A stretch of 32,000 nt of DNA from Candidatus Saccharimonadota bacterium (GCA_029851085.1 CP100318.1:210001-242000); one strand, 5' to 3'. Shown: positions 20,885 through 30,792, numbered from the stretch's first letter. The notes: generated from the letters alone by a model not told the origin. Made by a program: numbers and translations.

Positions 20885-20949
20885 CTATTTATTCAAAATA
20901 AATAAAATTCCTTTTGAGATTATTTTCAAAATGCGTAAATATTATATAT

Positions 20950-21927
20950 ATGTATTTAAAAGTTAATAAAGAACAAAAATCTATACGAATAGATAAATTT
21001 TTATTTTACAAAATAAATAATAAAAATATTATTTTAACACGAAATAAAATTAAAAATTACGCTAAAATTGGAAATATTTTGGTAAATGGAAATACAGTAA
21101 AACCTAATTATAGAATTAAACCTTTTGATATTATTAAAATTTTAATTGTCTATTCATCTATTGATAAAAAGATAATTCCTCAAAATATTCCTATAAATAT
21201 TATATATGAAGATGAATATTTAATATTAATAAATAAACCTTCAGGAATGGTAGTTCATCCTAGTTTTGGACATAATAATAATACATTATTAAATGCTTTT
21301 AAATATTATTTAAAAAAAGAAACTATTGTGAGTAGAGATGGTTTAGTTCATCGTATAGATAAAGATACTTCAGGTTTAATAATAATATCTAAAAATGAAT
21401 ATTGTTTACAACATTTATTACAACAATTTTTTTATCATACAATTATAAGAAAATATATTGCTTTAGTATGGGGAAATATATCAAATAATACAGGAACAAT
21501 TACAGGACATATTGGTAGAAATTTATTTAAGAGAAAACAAATGAATGTATTTCCTGATGGTAAATATGGAAAATATGCAGTAACACATTATAAAGTTTTG
21601 AAAAGATTTAAATATGTTAATTTAGTATCTTGTTATTTAGAAACAGGAAGAACACATCAAATAAGAGTACATTTTAAATATATTGGACATCCTGTATTTA
21701 ATGATCATATTTATGGTGGTAATAAAATTATTTTAAAAAACAATATTTTAAAAAAAGATAAAGAATTTTTAAAATATTGTTTAAATATACTTCCTAGACA
21801 AGCTTTACACGCTTTTTCATTAGGTTTTATTCATCCATTTAATAAAAAAAAATATTATTTTAAATGTCCATTACCGAATGATATTAATTTTTTAATAAAA
21901 AAATTAAACAATAAATTTAATAAATGA
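20950..21927 (+). CDS. rluD: 23S rRNA pseudouridine synthase, RluA/RluD family
   Basis: S4-like N-terminus (IRIDKFL), the catalytic motif HRIDKDTSGLIII, and GRTHQIRVH. I prefer ATG 20950 to the track's TTG at 20914. The stop overlaps the next gene's ATG (ATGA). Confidence 0.9.
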   Translation: MYLKVNKEQKSIRIDKFLFYKINNKNIILTRNKIKNYAKIGNILVNGNTVKPNYRIKPFDIIKILIVYSSIDKKIIPQNIPINIIYEDEYLILINKPSGMVVHPSFGHNNNTLLNAFKYYLKKETIVSRDGLVHRIDKDTSGLIIISKNEYCLQHLLQQFFYHTIIRKYIALVWGNISNNTGTITGHIGRNLFKRKQMNVFPDGKYGKYAVTHYKVLKRFKYVNLVSCYLETGRTHQIRVHFKYIGHPVFNDHIYGGNKIILKNNILKKDKEFLKYCLNILPRQALHAFSLGFIHPFNKKKYYFKCPLPNDINFLIKKLNNKFNK

Positions 21928-23996
21928 ATAAAAAACAAATATATATAACATTATATATATTTTGGATAGTGATAATATCATTAATAATTTCATTTTATAT
22001 AATAATTAAAAGTTTAACAATTCCAAAGTTAAGTGTTATAGAAGATTCTATAATATCACAAAGTTCATTAGTATATGATATAAATAATAAATTAATAGGA
22101 AAATTTTATAAAAATAAAACGATTATTTATGATAAATTACCTATTAATTTAATTAATGCACTTTTAGCTAAAGAAGATATTCGTTTTAAAAAACATTCGG
22201 GAATTGATGTAAAATCTTTATTAAGAGTTATTTTTTATTTAGGATCAAAAGGTGGTGGTAGTACTATATCTCAACAAGTAATAAAATTATTATATACTCG
22301 TAATATCAATAAAAATAAATATAAAAGAATACGTCAAAAAATTATTGAATGTATTCTAGCTGTAAAATTAGAAAAAATTTATTCTAAAGAAGAAATAATT
22401 TCTATATATTTGAACAAATTTGATTTTTTATTTAATTCCAAAGGAATTTATATGGCGGCTAAAACTTATTTTAATAAAAATTATTCTAAATTAAATTTAG
22501 AAGAATCTGCTATATTAGTTGGTATGTTGGAAAATCCTAGATATTATAATCCAGTACTTTATCCTGATAGATGTATTAAAAAAAGAAATCTTGTATTATT
22601 TCAAATGAAAAAATATCATTTTATAAATGATAAAATTTATAAATCTGCTATAAATAAACCTTTAAAAATTAATTTTAATTTACAAAAAAAAGAATTAACT
22701 TTTTCTACATATTATGCTGATTATATCAAATCAGAAGTTAACAAGTTTATTAAAGAATATGAAAAAAAAACTGGTAAAATATTAGATCTTAATTCAAGTG
22801 GTTTAAATATTTATACATCTATTGATTCTAATATGCAAAAATATGCTGAAGATTCAATTAAAAACCATTTAAAGTATATACAAGAAAATTTTTTTGATTC
22901 TAAAAATATTAAAAATATTTACTTTTTATTTAAAAAACATAAAGATTTATTTTATAAAATAATACGTAATACTAAAACTTATCTGGATCTTAAAAATAAT
23001 GGTTATTCTGAAAAAGAGATAATGAATAAATTTAGAAAAAAACATTATATAAAAATATTTACATGGGAAGGAGATAAAATTGTATATGCTTCTAATTTAG
23101 AAGTGTTATTATATAACTATTCTTTATTACAAGTAGCTATGTTATCCGTTGAGCCTAATACAGGATATATTAAAACTTGGATAGGAGGAATAGATTTTAA
23201 TCATTTTAAATATGATCACGTACAAAATAGTAAACGTCAAATAGGTTCTGTTTTTAAACCTATAGTATATGCAACAGCTATTAATAAATTCAATTATACT
23301 CCCAATACTAAAATTTCCAATTATCCTTTTTCTACAGAAAATTGGATACCTAAAAATTTTAATAATAAATATGGAGGATATTATACTTTAAAAGAAGCTT
23401 TAGCATATTCATTGAATACTGTTGCTATTCGCCTAACATATCAAACTACACCTAAGTCAGTAATTGAAATGGCCTATAAAATGGGTATAAAATCTTATAT
23501 ACCTAATAATTTAACAATAGCTTTAGGATCAGCAGATTTAACACCTTACGAAATAACTATGGCTTTAAATATATTTCCAAATAATGGTATATACATAAAA
23601 CCTAGAATTTTATTAAAAATAACAAATAGATTTTGTGAAGTTATTGCTGATCAAAACACATTTGCTATTTCTAAAAAAGAAGTTTTAAATAAAAAAGTAG
23701 CATCTATGGTATTAAATTTAATGCAAGGAGTTACTAATTTTGGAACCGCTAAGTTTCTACGTTATAAATTTAAAGCAGAAATAGCTTGTAAAACAGGTAC
23801 AACTAATAATTATGCTGATAGTTGGTTTATAGGTATAGTTCCTAAATTAATTACTACTATATGGGTAGGTTGGGAATATCCATTCATTAATTTATATTAT
23901 ATTTATAATAAGGGATTACCAATATGGGCTAATTATATGTTAAAAATTTATGATGATAAAAATTTATCTTATAGTGAAAATGATAAATTTAATTAA
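21924..23996 (+). CDS. mrcA: Bifunctional class A penicillin-binding protein (PBP1A; transglycosylase/transpeptidase)
   Basis: 690-aa ORF with an N-terminal membrane anchor, the GT51 motifs EDIRFKKHSGID and GGSTISQQ, and the transpeptidase motifs SVFKP (SxxK), SLN and KTGT. Confidence 0.92.
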   Translation: MNKKQIYITLYIFWIVIISLIISFYIIIKSLTIPKLSVIEDSIISQSSLVYDINNKLIGKFYKNKTIIYDKLPINLINALLAKEDIRFKKHSGIDVKSLLRVIFYLGSKGGGSTISQQVIKLLYTRNINKNKYKRIRQKIIECILAVKLEKIYSKEEIISIYLNKFDFLFNSKGIYMAAKTYFNKNYSKLNLEESAILVGMLENPRYYNPVLYPDRCIKKRNLVLFQMKKYHFINDKIYKSAINKPLKINFNLQKKELTFSTYYADYIKSEVNKFIKEYEKKTGKILDLNSSGLNIYTSIDSNMQKYAEDSIKNHLKYIQENFFDSKNIKNIYFLFKKHKDLFYKIIRNTKTYLDLKNNGYSEKEIMNKFRKKHYIKIFTWEGDKIVYASNLEVLLYNYSLLQVAMLSVEPNTGYIKTWIGGIDFNHFKYDHVQNSKRQIGSVFKPIVYATAINKFNYTPNTKISNYPFSTENWIPKNFNNKYGGYYTLKEALAYSLNTVAIRLTYQTTPKSVIEMAYKMGIKSYIPNNLTIALGSADLTPYEITMALNIFPNNGIYIKPRILLKITNRFCEVIADQNTFAISKKEVLNKKVASMVLNLMQGVTNFGTAKFLRYKFKAEIACKTGTTNNYADSWFIGIVPKLITTIWVGWEYPFINLYYIYNKGLPIWANYMLKIYDDKNLSYSENDKFN

Positions 23997-23997
23997 T

Positions 23998-24084
23998 GCC
24001 CGAGTGATGGAATAGGTAGACATGCAGGACTTAAAATCCTGTGGCCATTATTTGGCCATGCGGGTTCAATTCCCGCCTCGGGTA
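23998..24084 (+). tRNA. tRNA-Leu (anticodon UAA), class II; no encoded CCA
   Basis: Acceptor GCCCGAG/CTCGGGT (G1-U72 wobble), anticodon stem-loop CAGGA-CTTAAAA-TCCTG, long variable arm GTGGCCATTATTTGGCCAT, T-arm GCGGGTTCAATTCCCGC. It starts 1 nt after the PBP1A stop. Confidence 0.92.
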
Positions 24085-24103
24085 CATTATAATATATAAA
24101 TAA

Positions 24104-25603
24104 ATGAAAAATGTAAGAGTTCGTTTTGCTCCTAGTCCAACAGGACCTTTGCATTTAGGAAGTGTGCGAACAGCTTTATATAATTATTTATTTGCAAAAA
24201 AATATAAAGGTAATTTTATTTTACGTATTGAAGATACAGATCAAAATCGTATTATAAATGGTTCTGAAAAATATATTTTAAATACTTTAAAATGGGCTAG
24301 AATAGAACCAAATGAAGGTTTTAATTATGGTGGTAATTATGGACCTTATCGTCAATCTGAACGTATAACAATATATAATAAATATGTTAAAGACTTAATA
24401 GAAAAGGGTTATGCATATTATGCTTTTGATAGATATGAAGATATTGAAAATATTAGAAAATCAATGAATAAACAAGGAATTATATTTTCTTATAATGCTA
24501 GTATAAGAAATAAATTGAATAATTCATTATGTTTAACTTCAAAAGAAGTTATTAATAATTTAAATAGTAAAATACCTTATGTAATTAGATTTAAAGTTCC
24601 ATCTTCAGAAAGAATAAAAATATATGATGATATACATGGAAATATTTCTTTTAAAACTGATTTTATTGATGATAAAATTTTAGTAAAATCAAATGGTATA
24701 GCTACATATCATTTAGCTAATGTTATAGATGATCATCTTATGAGGATTTCTAATGTTATTAGAGGAGAAGAATGGTTATCTTCATTGCCTTTACATGTAC
24801 TATTATATCGTGCTTTTGAATGGGAAATTCCTAATTTTGCTCATTTACCTTTAATATTAAATACTAAAGGAAAGGGTAAACTTAGTAAACGTGATGCAGA
24901 TAAATCAAATTTTCCTATTTTTCCATTAAAATGGAAAAATATTGATGGATATAATGAAAGAGGTTATTTTCCTGAAGCTTTTATAAATATGCTTGCTTTA
25001 TTAGGATGGAATCATGGTGATCAAAAAGAAATTTTTTCATTAAAAGAATTGATTAATAAGTTTTCAATAGAAAAAATAAATAAATCTAGTGCACGTTTTA
25101 ATATAAATAAAGCTATATGGTTTAATAAACAGTATTTACAATTAAAATCTGTAGAAGAAATTTCTTTTTTATTTAAAAAAGAATTAAATAAAAGAAAAAT
25201 ATATGTTAATGATAATTATATTAAATTAGTTATAAATAATATAAAAGAAAGAGTTTCATTTATAAATGAAATTTGGGACAATTCATTTTATTTTTTTGAA
25301 AGACCTAAAAATTATGATATAAAATTAATTAATAATTTTATTATTAATATTTATCATTTAAATGAAATTAAAAATATATTTAAACATATAAAAATTTTTT
25401 CAAAAGATTATATAAAAACAATTATTATGGATTATATTAACCATAATAATTTGATAACTAAAAATATAATTCAAGTTTTACGTTTAGCTTTAGTTGGAAA
25501 TTTACAAGGTATTGATATTTATTTAATAATGGAAATTATTGGAAAAATAGAAAGTATTAAACGTATAGAATATATTTGTACTTTTTTAAGTAAAAAAAAA
25601 TGA
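24104..25603 (+). CDS. gltX: Glutamyl-tRNA synthetase
   Basis: 499-aa ORF with RFAPSPTGPLHLGSVRTALYNY (HIGH region) and KLSKR (KMSKS region). Confidence 0.96.
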   Translation: MKNVRVRFAPSPTGPLHLGSVRTALYNYLFAKKYKGNFILRIEDTDQNRIINGSEKYILNTLKWARIEPNEGFNYGGNYGPYRQSERITIYNKYVKDLIEKGYAYYAFDRYEDIENIRKSMNKQGIIFSYNASIRNKLNNSLCLTSKEVINNLNSKIPYVIRFKVPSSERIKIYDDIHGNISFKTDFIDDKILVKSNGIATYHLANVIDDHLMRISNVIRGEEWLSSLPLHVLLYRAFEWEIPNFAHLPLILNTKGKGKLSKRDADKSNFPIFPLKWKNIDGYNERGYFPEAFINMLALLGWNHGDQKEIFSLKELINKFSIEKINKSSARFNINKAIWFNKQYLQLKSVEEISFLFKKELNKRKIYVNDNYIKLVINNIKERVSFINEIWDNSFYFFERPKNYDIKLINNFIINIYHLNEIKNIFKHIKIFSKDYIKTIIMDYINHNNLITKNIIQVLRLALVGNLQGIDIYLIMEIIGKIESIKRIEYICTFLSKKK

Positions 25604-25691
25604 AATAAAATAATATTTAATAATTATATTATAATTTAATTATAAATATTGTTTTTTATTAAAAGATAAAGAATATAAAATTTAATCTTTT

Positions 25692-26351
25692 ATGCGTATA
25701 GATATTATTGCTGTAATACCTAAATTGTTAGACGGACCGTTATCTCATTCTATTATTAAAAGAGCAATAGATAAAGAATTAGTAAATATATATATTCATG
25801 ATATTCATCAATATGGTATTGGAAAATATAAACAAATTGATGATTATCCTTATGGAAAAAAAGTTGGAATGGTTATGCGTATAGAACCTATATATAAGTG
25901 TATAGAAAAATTAAAGTCAGAAAGAAATTATGATGAAATAATATTTATGGCTCCTGATGGAAAGCAATTTATACAATCAGATGCTAATCTACTTTCTTTA
26001 AAAGAAAATTTAATTATACTTTGTGGTCATTATAAAGGAGTTGATCAAAGAGTAAGAGATCATTTAATAACTAGAGAAATATCTATAGGAAAATATGTAT
26101 TATCAAGTGGTGAAATAGCTGCAGCAGTTATTATTGATGCCATAATACGATTAATACCTGGTGTATTAGGTAATATATATTCTGCTTTAACAGATTCATT
26201 TCAAAATGAATCTGAATTTGAACCGCCAATTTATACTCGTCCATCAATATATAAAGGATGGAAAGTACCTGAAGTTTTATTATCTGGAGATTTAAAAAAA
26301 ATAGAATTTTGGAAAAATGAACAAATTATACAACGTAATAAAAATTTATAA
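25692..26351 (+). CDS. trmD: tRNA (guanine37-N1)-methyltransferase
   Basis: 219-aa ORF with MRIDIIAVIP, YPYGKKVGMVM, CGHYKGVDQRV and SIGKYVLSSGE (SPOUT knot). Confidence 0.93.
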   Translation: MRIDIIAVIPKLLDGPLSHSIIKRAIDKELVNIYIHDIHQYGIGKYKQIDDYPYGKKVGMVMRIEPIYKCIEKLKSERNYDEIIFMAPDGKQFIQSDANLLSLKENLIILCGHYKGVDQRVRDHLITREISIGKYVLSSGEIAAAVIIDAIIRLIPGVLGNIYSALTDSFQNESEFEPPIYTRPSIYKGWKVPEVLLSGDLKKIEFWKNEQIIQRNKNL

Positions 26352-26365
26352 TATTGGTGTGGGTG

Positions 26366-26438
26366 TGGTATCTCCCGGAATCGAACCGGGGACACATGGA
26401 TTTTCAGTCCATTGCTCTACCAACTGAGCTAAGATACC
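26366..26438 (-). tRNA. tRNA-Phe (anticodon GAA); no encoded CCA
   Basis: The reverse complement reads GGTATCTTAGCTCAGTTGGTAGAGCAATGGACTGAAAATCCATGTGTCCCCGGTTCGATTCCGGGAGATACCA. Acceptor GGTATCT/AGATACC, anticodon loop CTGAAAA. Confidence 0.93.
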
Positions 26439-26541
26439 ATTTCATTTAAAGTACATTTTAATATATTGAATTAATAAATTATTTTTAATGTATAAAATTA
26501 AATCTTTGTTTAAAAAACAATGTAATTAAACTTTAATTAAA

Positions 26542-27867
26542 ATGTTAAAATATTATTTATTTTTATTACTTTTTTTCTTTAAAGTTTATGGGGATAACAA
26601 ATATTATGAATTATTAGATAATAAAATTAATACTGATATATCCATAAGTAGCATGGGAGGTATATCTACTGTTTATGATAGTAAATTTGAATTAAATTTT
26701 AAAAATCCAGCAAATAATTCAAAAGTAAAAAATTTAATATTTAATATGAATTTTAATATTGAATTTTCAGACTTATCAAATATTGATTATTTTTTTTTAA
26801 AAAAAAATAATAATAATTTATTATTTTCTAATATTTCATTAGGTTTCCCTATAAGTGAAAATATTGTAGGAGGATTTGGTATTAAACCATATGCAATTCA
26901 TCAAGGAAATCATTTAAATGTATTAAATACATTTATTTGTTATAAAATTAATAATAAAATAAGTGGAGGTGTTTTAATGGATTATTTATTTGGATTATTA
27001 GATGATGATAAGCATTATAATGGATTAAATTCTAAAATAGGAATCTTGTATAAAATTCCATTAAAAAATAAATATTATAGCAATATAGGTATTAATTCTA
27101 ATATATTAAATTATACTATTGCATCTCAATCGGATAAATCATCTACTAAACCTGCATCACAATCATCTACTGCATCACAATCATCTACTGCATCATATAC
27201 TGCCTCTGCATCACAATCTGCCTCATATACTGCATCACAATCATCTACTGCCTCTATACAATCGACTACATCTAAACCTACTAAATCTACTAAACCTGCT
27301 AAACAACAATCTACTACTGCTAAATCGACTGCTAGTAAACAATCGACTACAACATCTGCAAAATCATCTAAACAATCTACTACTGCTAAATCGACTGCTA
27401 GTAAACAATCGACTACAACATCTGCAAAATCATCTAAACAATCTACTACTGCTAAATCGACTAAAAATAGAAATATTCCTGTTGATATTAATATAGGTTT
27501 TTTATATGGCCAAAATAAAAAATGGGGTATAGGTACACAATTGGATTTTGTAAGATATAAAATTAATGATAAAAATGTCAATTCACAAAGATATTCTATA
27601 GGAGGTTTTTTTAGACCAAAATATAATTCTATAAATTATTTGGATACAGTAATATATCGTGTAGGATCATTTTTTGAAAAAAAAATATATAATTATAATT
27701 ATGGATTAACATTGGGAATGGAATTACCTATTAAATATAAGATTTATTTAAATGAAAGTTATTCATCTTTTAATGTTAATTGTACTATAGGTAATAATGG
27801 AAAAGAAAATTATGTAAACTTCATATTTGGATTTACATTTAATGAGAACTGGGTTAATAAATTATGA
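26542..27867 (+). CDS. Secreted/outer-membrane beta-barrel candidate (PorV/FadL-like N-terminal motif) with a central S/T/A/Q/K low-complexity repeat insert
   Basis: Signal-peptide-like MLKYYLFLLLFFFKVYG. SSMGGISTVYDSKFELNFKNPAN resembles the (S/G)MGG....D......NPA motif of FadL/PorV-type barrels. Alternating aromatic/hydrophilic strands run toward the C-terminus (YVNFIFGFTFNENW). The family call comes from memory of the motif only. Confidence 0.7.
   Translation: MLKYYLFLLLFFFKVYGDNKYYELLDNKINTDISISSMGGISTVYDSKFELNFKNPANNSKVKNLIFNMNFNIEFSDLSNIDYFFLKKNNNNLLFSNISLGFPISENIVGGFGIKPYAIHQGNHLNVLNTFICYKINNKISGGVLMDYLFGLLDDDKHYNGLNSKIGILYKIPLKNKYYSNIGINSNILNYTIASQSDKSSTKPASQSSTASQSSTASYTASASQSASYTASQSSTASIQSTTSKPTKSTKPAKQQSTTAKSTASKQSTTTSAKSSKQSTTAKSTASKQSTTTSAKSSKQSTTAKSTKNRNIPVDINIGFLYGQNKKWGIGTQLDFVRYKINDKNVNSQRYSIGGFFRPKYNSINYLDTVIYRVGSFFEKKIYNYNYGLTLGMELPIKYKIYLNESYSSFNVNCTIGNNGKENYVNFIFGFTFNENWVNKL
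27154..27249 (+). repeat. Degenerate in-frame 18-bp repeats (unit gcatcacaatcatctact, coding ASQSST)
   Basis: Perfect units start at 27154, 27172 and 27232, with diverged copies between them (ASYTAS, ASQSASYT). Confidence 0.8.
27307..27462 (+). repeat. In-frame 66-bp tandem repeat, about 2.4 copies (22-aa unit QSTTAKSTASKQSTTTSAKSSK)
   Basis: The unit caatctactactgctaaatcgactgctagtaaacaatcgactacaacatctgcaaaatcatctaaa starts at 27307 and 27373. A 24-nt partial third copy starts at 27439. Copies are identical by eye. Confidence 0.9.
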
Positions 27868-27901
27868 GCTTTTTTAATTAAAAATTAAATCATCATTATA
27901 A

Positions 27902-29161
27902 ATGATATTTGATTATGTATGTATTATAATTATGACAATGTTAATGTCAGCTTTTTTTTCAGGTATTGAAATGGCATTTATTTCTTTTAACCATTTAAAA
28001 ATTGAAATTGAAAAAAATAAAAATAATTTTAAATATAAATTTTTAAAAAAAATAATACAAGAACCTAAAAGATTTATTGCTACTATGTTGGTAGGAAATA
28101 ATATTTCTTTAGTTATATATGGGATATATATGGGAAAACTTATTTTATTATTTATATCCAAAAAATTATATAATGAATATTATATAGTGGTTTTATTTTT
28201 ACAAACTTTTTTTTCTACAATAATTATTTTAATCACTGCAGAGTTTCTTCCAAAATTAATATTTAATATTTATTCTTATGAATTATTAAAAATATTAATA
28301 AGACCTATTTACTTTTTTTATAAAATGTTTTATCCAATAATAAATTTTATTATGTGGATATCTAATAATTTTTTAAAATTATTTGGTCATGAAGATAAAA
28401 ATGAAATAAGAATATTTAATAAAGAAGATTTGAATTTTTTGATATTAGAAAATATTGAAAATGTAAAACAAGAAGAAATTGAATCTGAAGTAAAATTTGT
28501 TCATAGAGCTTTATTTTTTTCAAAAAAAAAAGCAATAGAATGTATGATTCCTAGAAAAGAAATGATTACTGCAGAAATAAATAGTTCTATAAAAGAAATA
28601 AATTTAAAATTTATAAAAACAGGTCTTTCAAAATTAGTTATATATAAAGAAAATGTAGATAATATTATTGGATATATTCATTTTTTTGAATTATTTAAAA
28701 AACCTAAAGATATATTATCTATTATTTTACCTGTTGAATTTGTACATATCACTATATCAGCACAAGATATAATGAATTTTTTAATAAAAAAAAGAAAAAG
28801 TTTAGCAATTGTATTAGATGAATATGGAGGTACAGCAGGACTTATTACAATTGAGGATATTATTGAAGAAATAATTGGAAATATAGAAGATGAACATGAT
28901 AAAATTAAATTAATTGATAAAAAAATAGGTGTAAATAAATTTATATTTTCTGGTCGTTTAGAAATTGATTTTATTAATGATAAATATAAATTAAATCTTA
29001 CAAAATCTGAATCTTATAAAACAATTGGAGGTTTGATAATGTTTTATTATGGTACTATTCCTAAAGAAGGAGAAATATTAATTTTAAATGAATTTTCAAT
29101 AGAAATTAAAAAAGTATCTATAAATAGAATTGAAGAAGTATATATAAAAATTATAAAATAA
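27902..29161 (+). CDS. CNNM/CorC-HlyC family membrane protein (DUF21 + CBS pair + CorC_HlyC), GldE-like
   Basis: 419-aa ORF. The N-terminal transmembrane region has SAFFSGIEMAF, followed by a CBS region, then GGTAGLITIEDIIEEIIGNIEDEHD, which is typical of the CorC/TlyC/GldE family. Confidence 0.85.
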   Translation: MIFDYVCIIIMTMLMSAFFSGIEMAFISFNHLKIEIEKNKNNFKYKFLKKIIQEPKRFIATMLVGNNISLVIYGIYMGKLILLFISKKLYNEYYIVVLFLQTFFSTIIILITAEFLPKLIFNIYSYELLKILIRPIYFFYKMFYPIINFIMWISNNFLKLFGHEDKNEIRIFNKEDLNFLILENIENVKQEEIESEVKFVHRALFFSKKKAIECMIPRKEMITAEINSSIKEINLKFIKTGLSKLVIYKENVDNIIGYIHFFELFKKPKDILSIILPVEFVHITISAQDIMNFLIKKRKSLAIVLDEYGGTAGLITIEDIIEEIIGNIEDEHDKIKLIDKKIGVNKFIFSGRLEIDFINDKYKLNLTKSESYKTIGGLIMFYYGTIPKEGEILILNEFSIEIKKVSINRIEEVYIKIIK

Positions 29162-29166
29162 GGAAT

Positions 29167-29736
29167 TTATTTATTATTATATAAATTCATTGTTTTTTGT
29201 AATCCTAATATTCCAAATGATAATGCAGCTTCCGCGGCTATATTAATTTTTGTATTAATTTTTTTTAATTCTTTTTGTGTCCAAGTTCCCAATACATAAT
29301 TATTTTTTTCTCCTTTACAGAAATTATTTCCAATACCAAAACGTAATCTTGCATAATTATAAGTTTTTAATTCATATTGAATATTTTTTAATCCATTATG
29401 TCCACCATCACTTCCTTTGCTTCTTATACGTAAAATTCCTAAAGATAAATTGATATCATCAGTAATAACAAGAATATTATTTATTTGTATATTTTCTTTA
29501 TTAATCCAATATTTAATTGATTGACCACTACAATTCATATATAAAGATGGTTTTAATAAAAAAAAATAATGTTCTTTATAACAAGATGTAGCAATATATC
29601 CTAATCTTTTATTTTTTAAATTAAATGATGGACAAATTTTTATAATTTCATCTATTATTAAAAAACCTATATTATGACGTGTTTTTTCATATTTTGTTCC
29701 TATATTTCCTAATCCTATTATTAGAATTTTTTTCAT
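29167..29736 (-). CDS. pth: Peptidyl-tRNA hydrolase
   Basis: 189-aa ORF with LIIGLGNIGTKYEKTRHNIGF and GSDGGHNGLKNI. Confidence 0.95.
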   Translation of the reverse strand: MKKILIIGLGNIGTKYEKTRHNIGFLIIDEIIKICPSFNLKNKRLGYIATSCYKEHYFFLLKPSLYMNCSGQSIKYWINKENIQINNILVITDDINLSLGILRIRSKGSDGGHNGLKNIQYELKTYNYARLRFGIGNNFCKGEKNNYVLGTWTQKELKKINTKINIAAEAALSFGILGLQKTMNLYNNK

Positions 29737-29776
29737 GTATTATATTTATACAATTATATTATAAATTATTCATTAT

Positions 29777-30766
29777 ATGAAATTGGCTATAATAGGTGTT
29801 ACAGGAATGGTAGGGCGTATAATGCTTAAAGTATTACATGAACGTAATTTTACTATTAGTAAATTGATTCCAGTAGCTTCACAAAATTCAATAGGTAAGG
29901 AAATTAATTTTATAGGAAAGAAATATAAAATTATTGATATAGAACAAGCTTTGAAATTAAAACCTAATATTGCTTTATTTTCTGCTGGAGAAATTGTTTC
30001 TAAATTATGGGCACCTAAATTTGCTAAATTAGGAACTATTGTAATTGATAATTCGTCAGCTTGGCGTATGGATGATACTAAAAAACTTATTATTCCTGAA
30101 ATAAATGCTAATATTTTAGATAAAAATGATAAAATTATTGCTAATCCCAATTGTTCAACAATACAATTAGTTATGGTATTAGCTCCATTACATAATTATT
30201 ATGGTATAAAACGTATTATTATATCTACTTATCAATCAGTAACAGGAACAGGAAAAAAAGCTGTAGATCAATTGAAAGGTGAATCATGCAAAATACCTGT
30301 AAAAAAAATTTATCCACATCCTATTTATAATAATGTATTACCTCATTGTGATAAATTTGAAAAATCTGGATATACTAAAGAAGAAATGAAACTTATGCAA
30401 GAACCTAAAAAAATATTATCTGATAATAATATTGCTATAACTGCTACTGCAGTACGTGTTCCAGTTTTAGGTGGACATTCTGAAAGTGTAAATATTAGTT
30501 TTGTTAAAAAAATAAGTTATAATAAAATATTGAAAATATTAAATAACACATCAGGTATAATTATTCAAGATTGTAAAGAAAAAAATTTATATCCTATGCC
30601 TTTATATGTTAAAGGTAAAGATGAAGTATTTGTTGGACGTATTAGAAAAGATTTATCACATTATAATTCAATACAATTATGGATTGTAGCTGATAATTTA
30701 CGTAAAGGAGCTGCTACTAATGCTATACAAATAGCAGAATATTTAATAAAAATGAATTTAATTTAA
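29777..30766 (+). CDS. asd: Aspartate-semialdehyde dehydrogenase
   Basis: 329-aa ORF with the Rossmann motif IIGVTGMVG, the active-site cysteine context ANPNCSTIQ, and VPVLGGHSESV. Confidence 0.95.
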   Translation: MKLAIIGVTGMVGRIMLKVLHERNFTISKLIPVASQNSIGKEINFIGKKYKIIDIEQALKLKPNIALFSAGEIVSKLWAPKFAKLGTIVIDNSSAWRMDDTKKLIIPEINANILDKNDKIIANPNCSTIQLVMVLAPLHNYYGIKRIIISTYQSVTGTGKKAVDQLKGESCKIPVKKIYPHPIYNNVLPHCDKFEKSGYTKEEMKLMQEPKKILSDNNIAITATAVRVPVLGGHSESVNISFVKKISYNKILKILNNTSGIIIQDCKEKNLYPMPLYVKGKDEVFVGRIRKDLSHYNSIQLWIVADNLRKGAATNAIQIAEYLIKMNLI

Positions 30767-30792
30767 AAAATATAAATTATTTTAATATTTAA

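Noticed and set aside
26352-26368. An unusually G/T-rich string, ggtgtgggtgtgg, between the trmD stop and the tRNA-Phe 3' end. On the tRNA strand it is the 3' trailer CACCCACACCAAUA.
   Set aside because: It is too short to assign. It could be a processing or trailer element or a remnant of a decayed tRNA 3' end, but I see no cloverleaf partner sequence and no repeat of it elsewhere in the window.
27119-27581. Two overlapping ORFs (125 aa on the + strand, 151 aa on the - strand) within the outer-membrane gene's repeat region.
   Set aside because: They exist only because the C-rich S/T/A/Q/K repeat DNA lacks stop triplets in other frames. Their translations are monotonous (HLL/NRL or VVDC repeats). 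The frame continuous with the signal peptide and barrel flanks is the real one.
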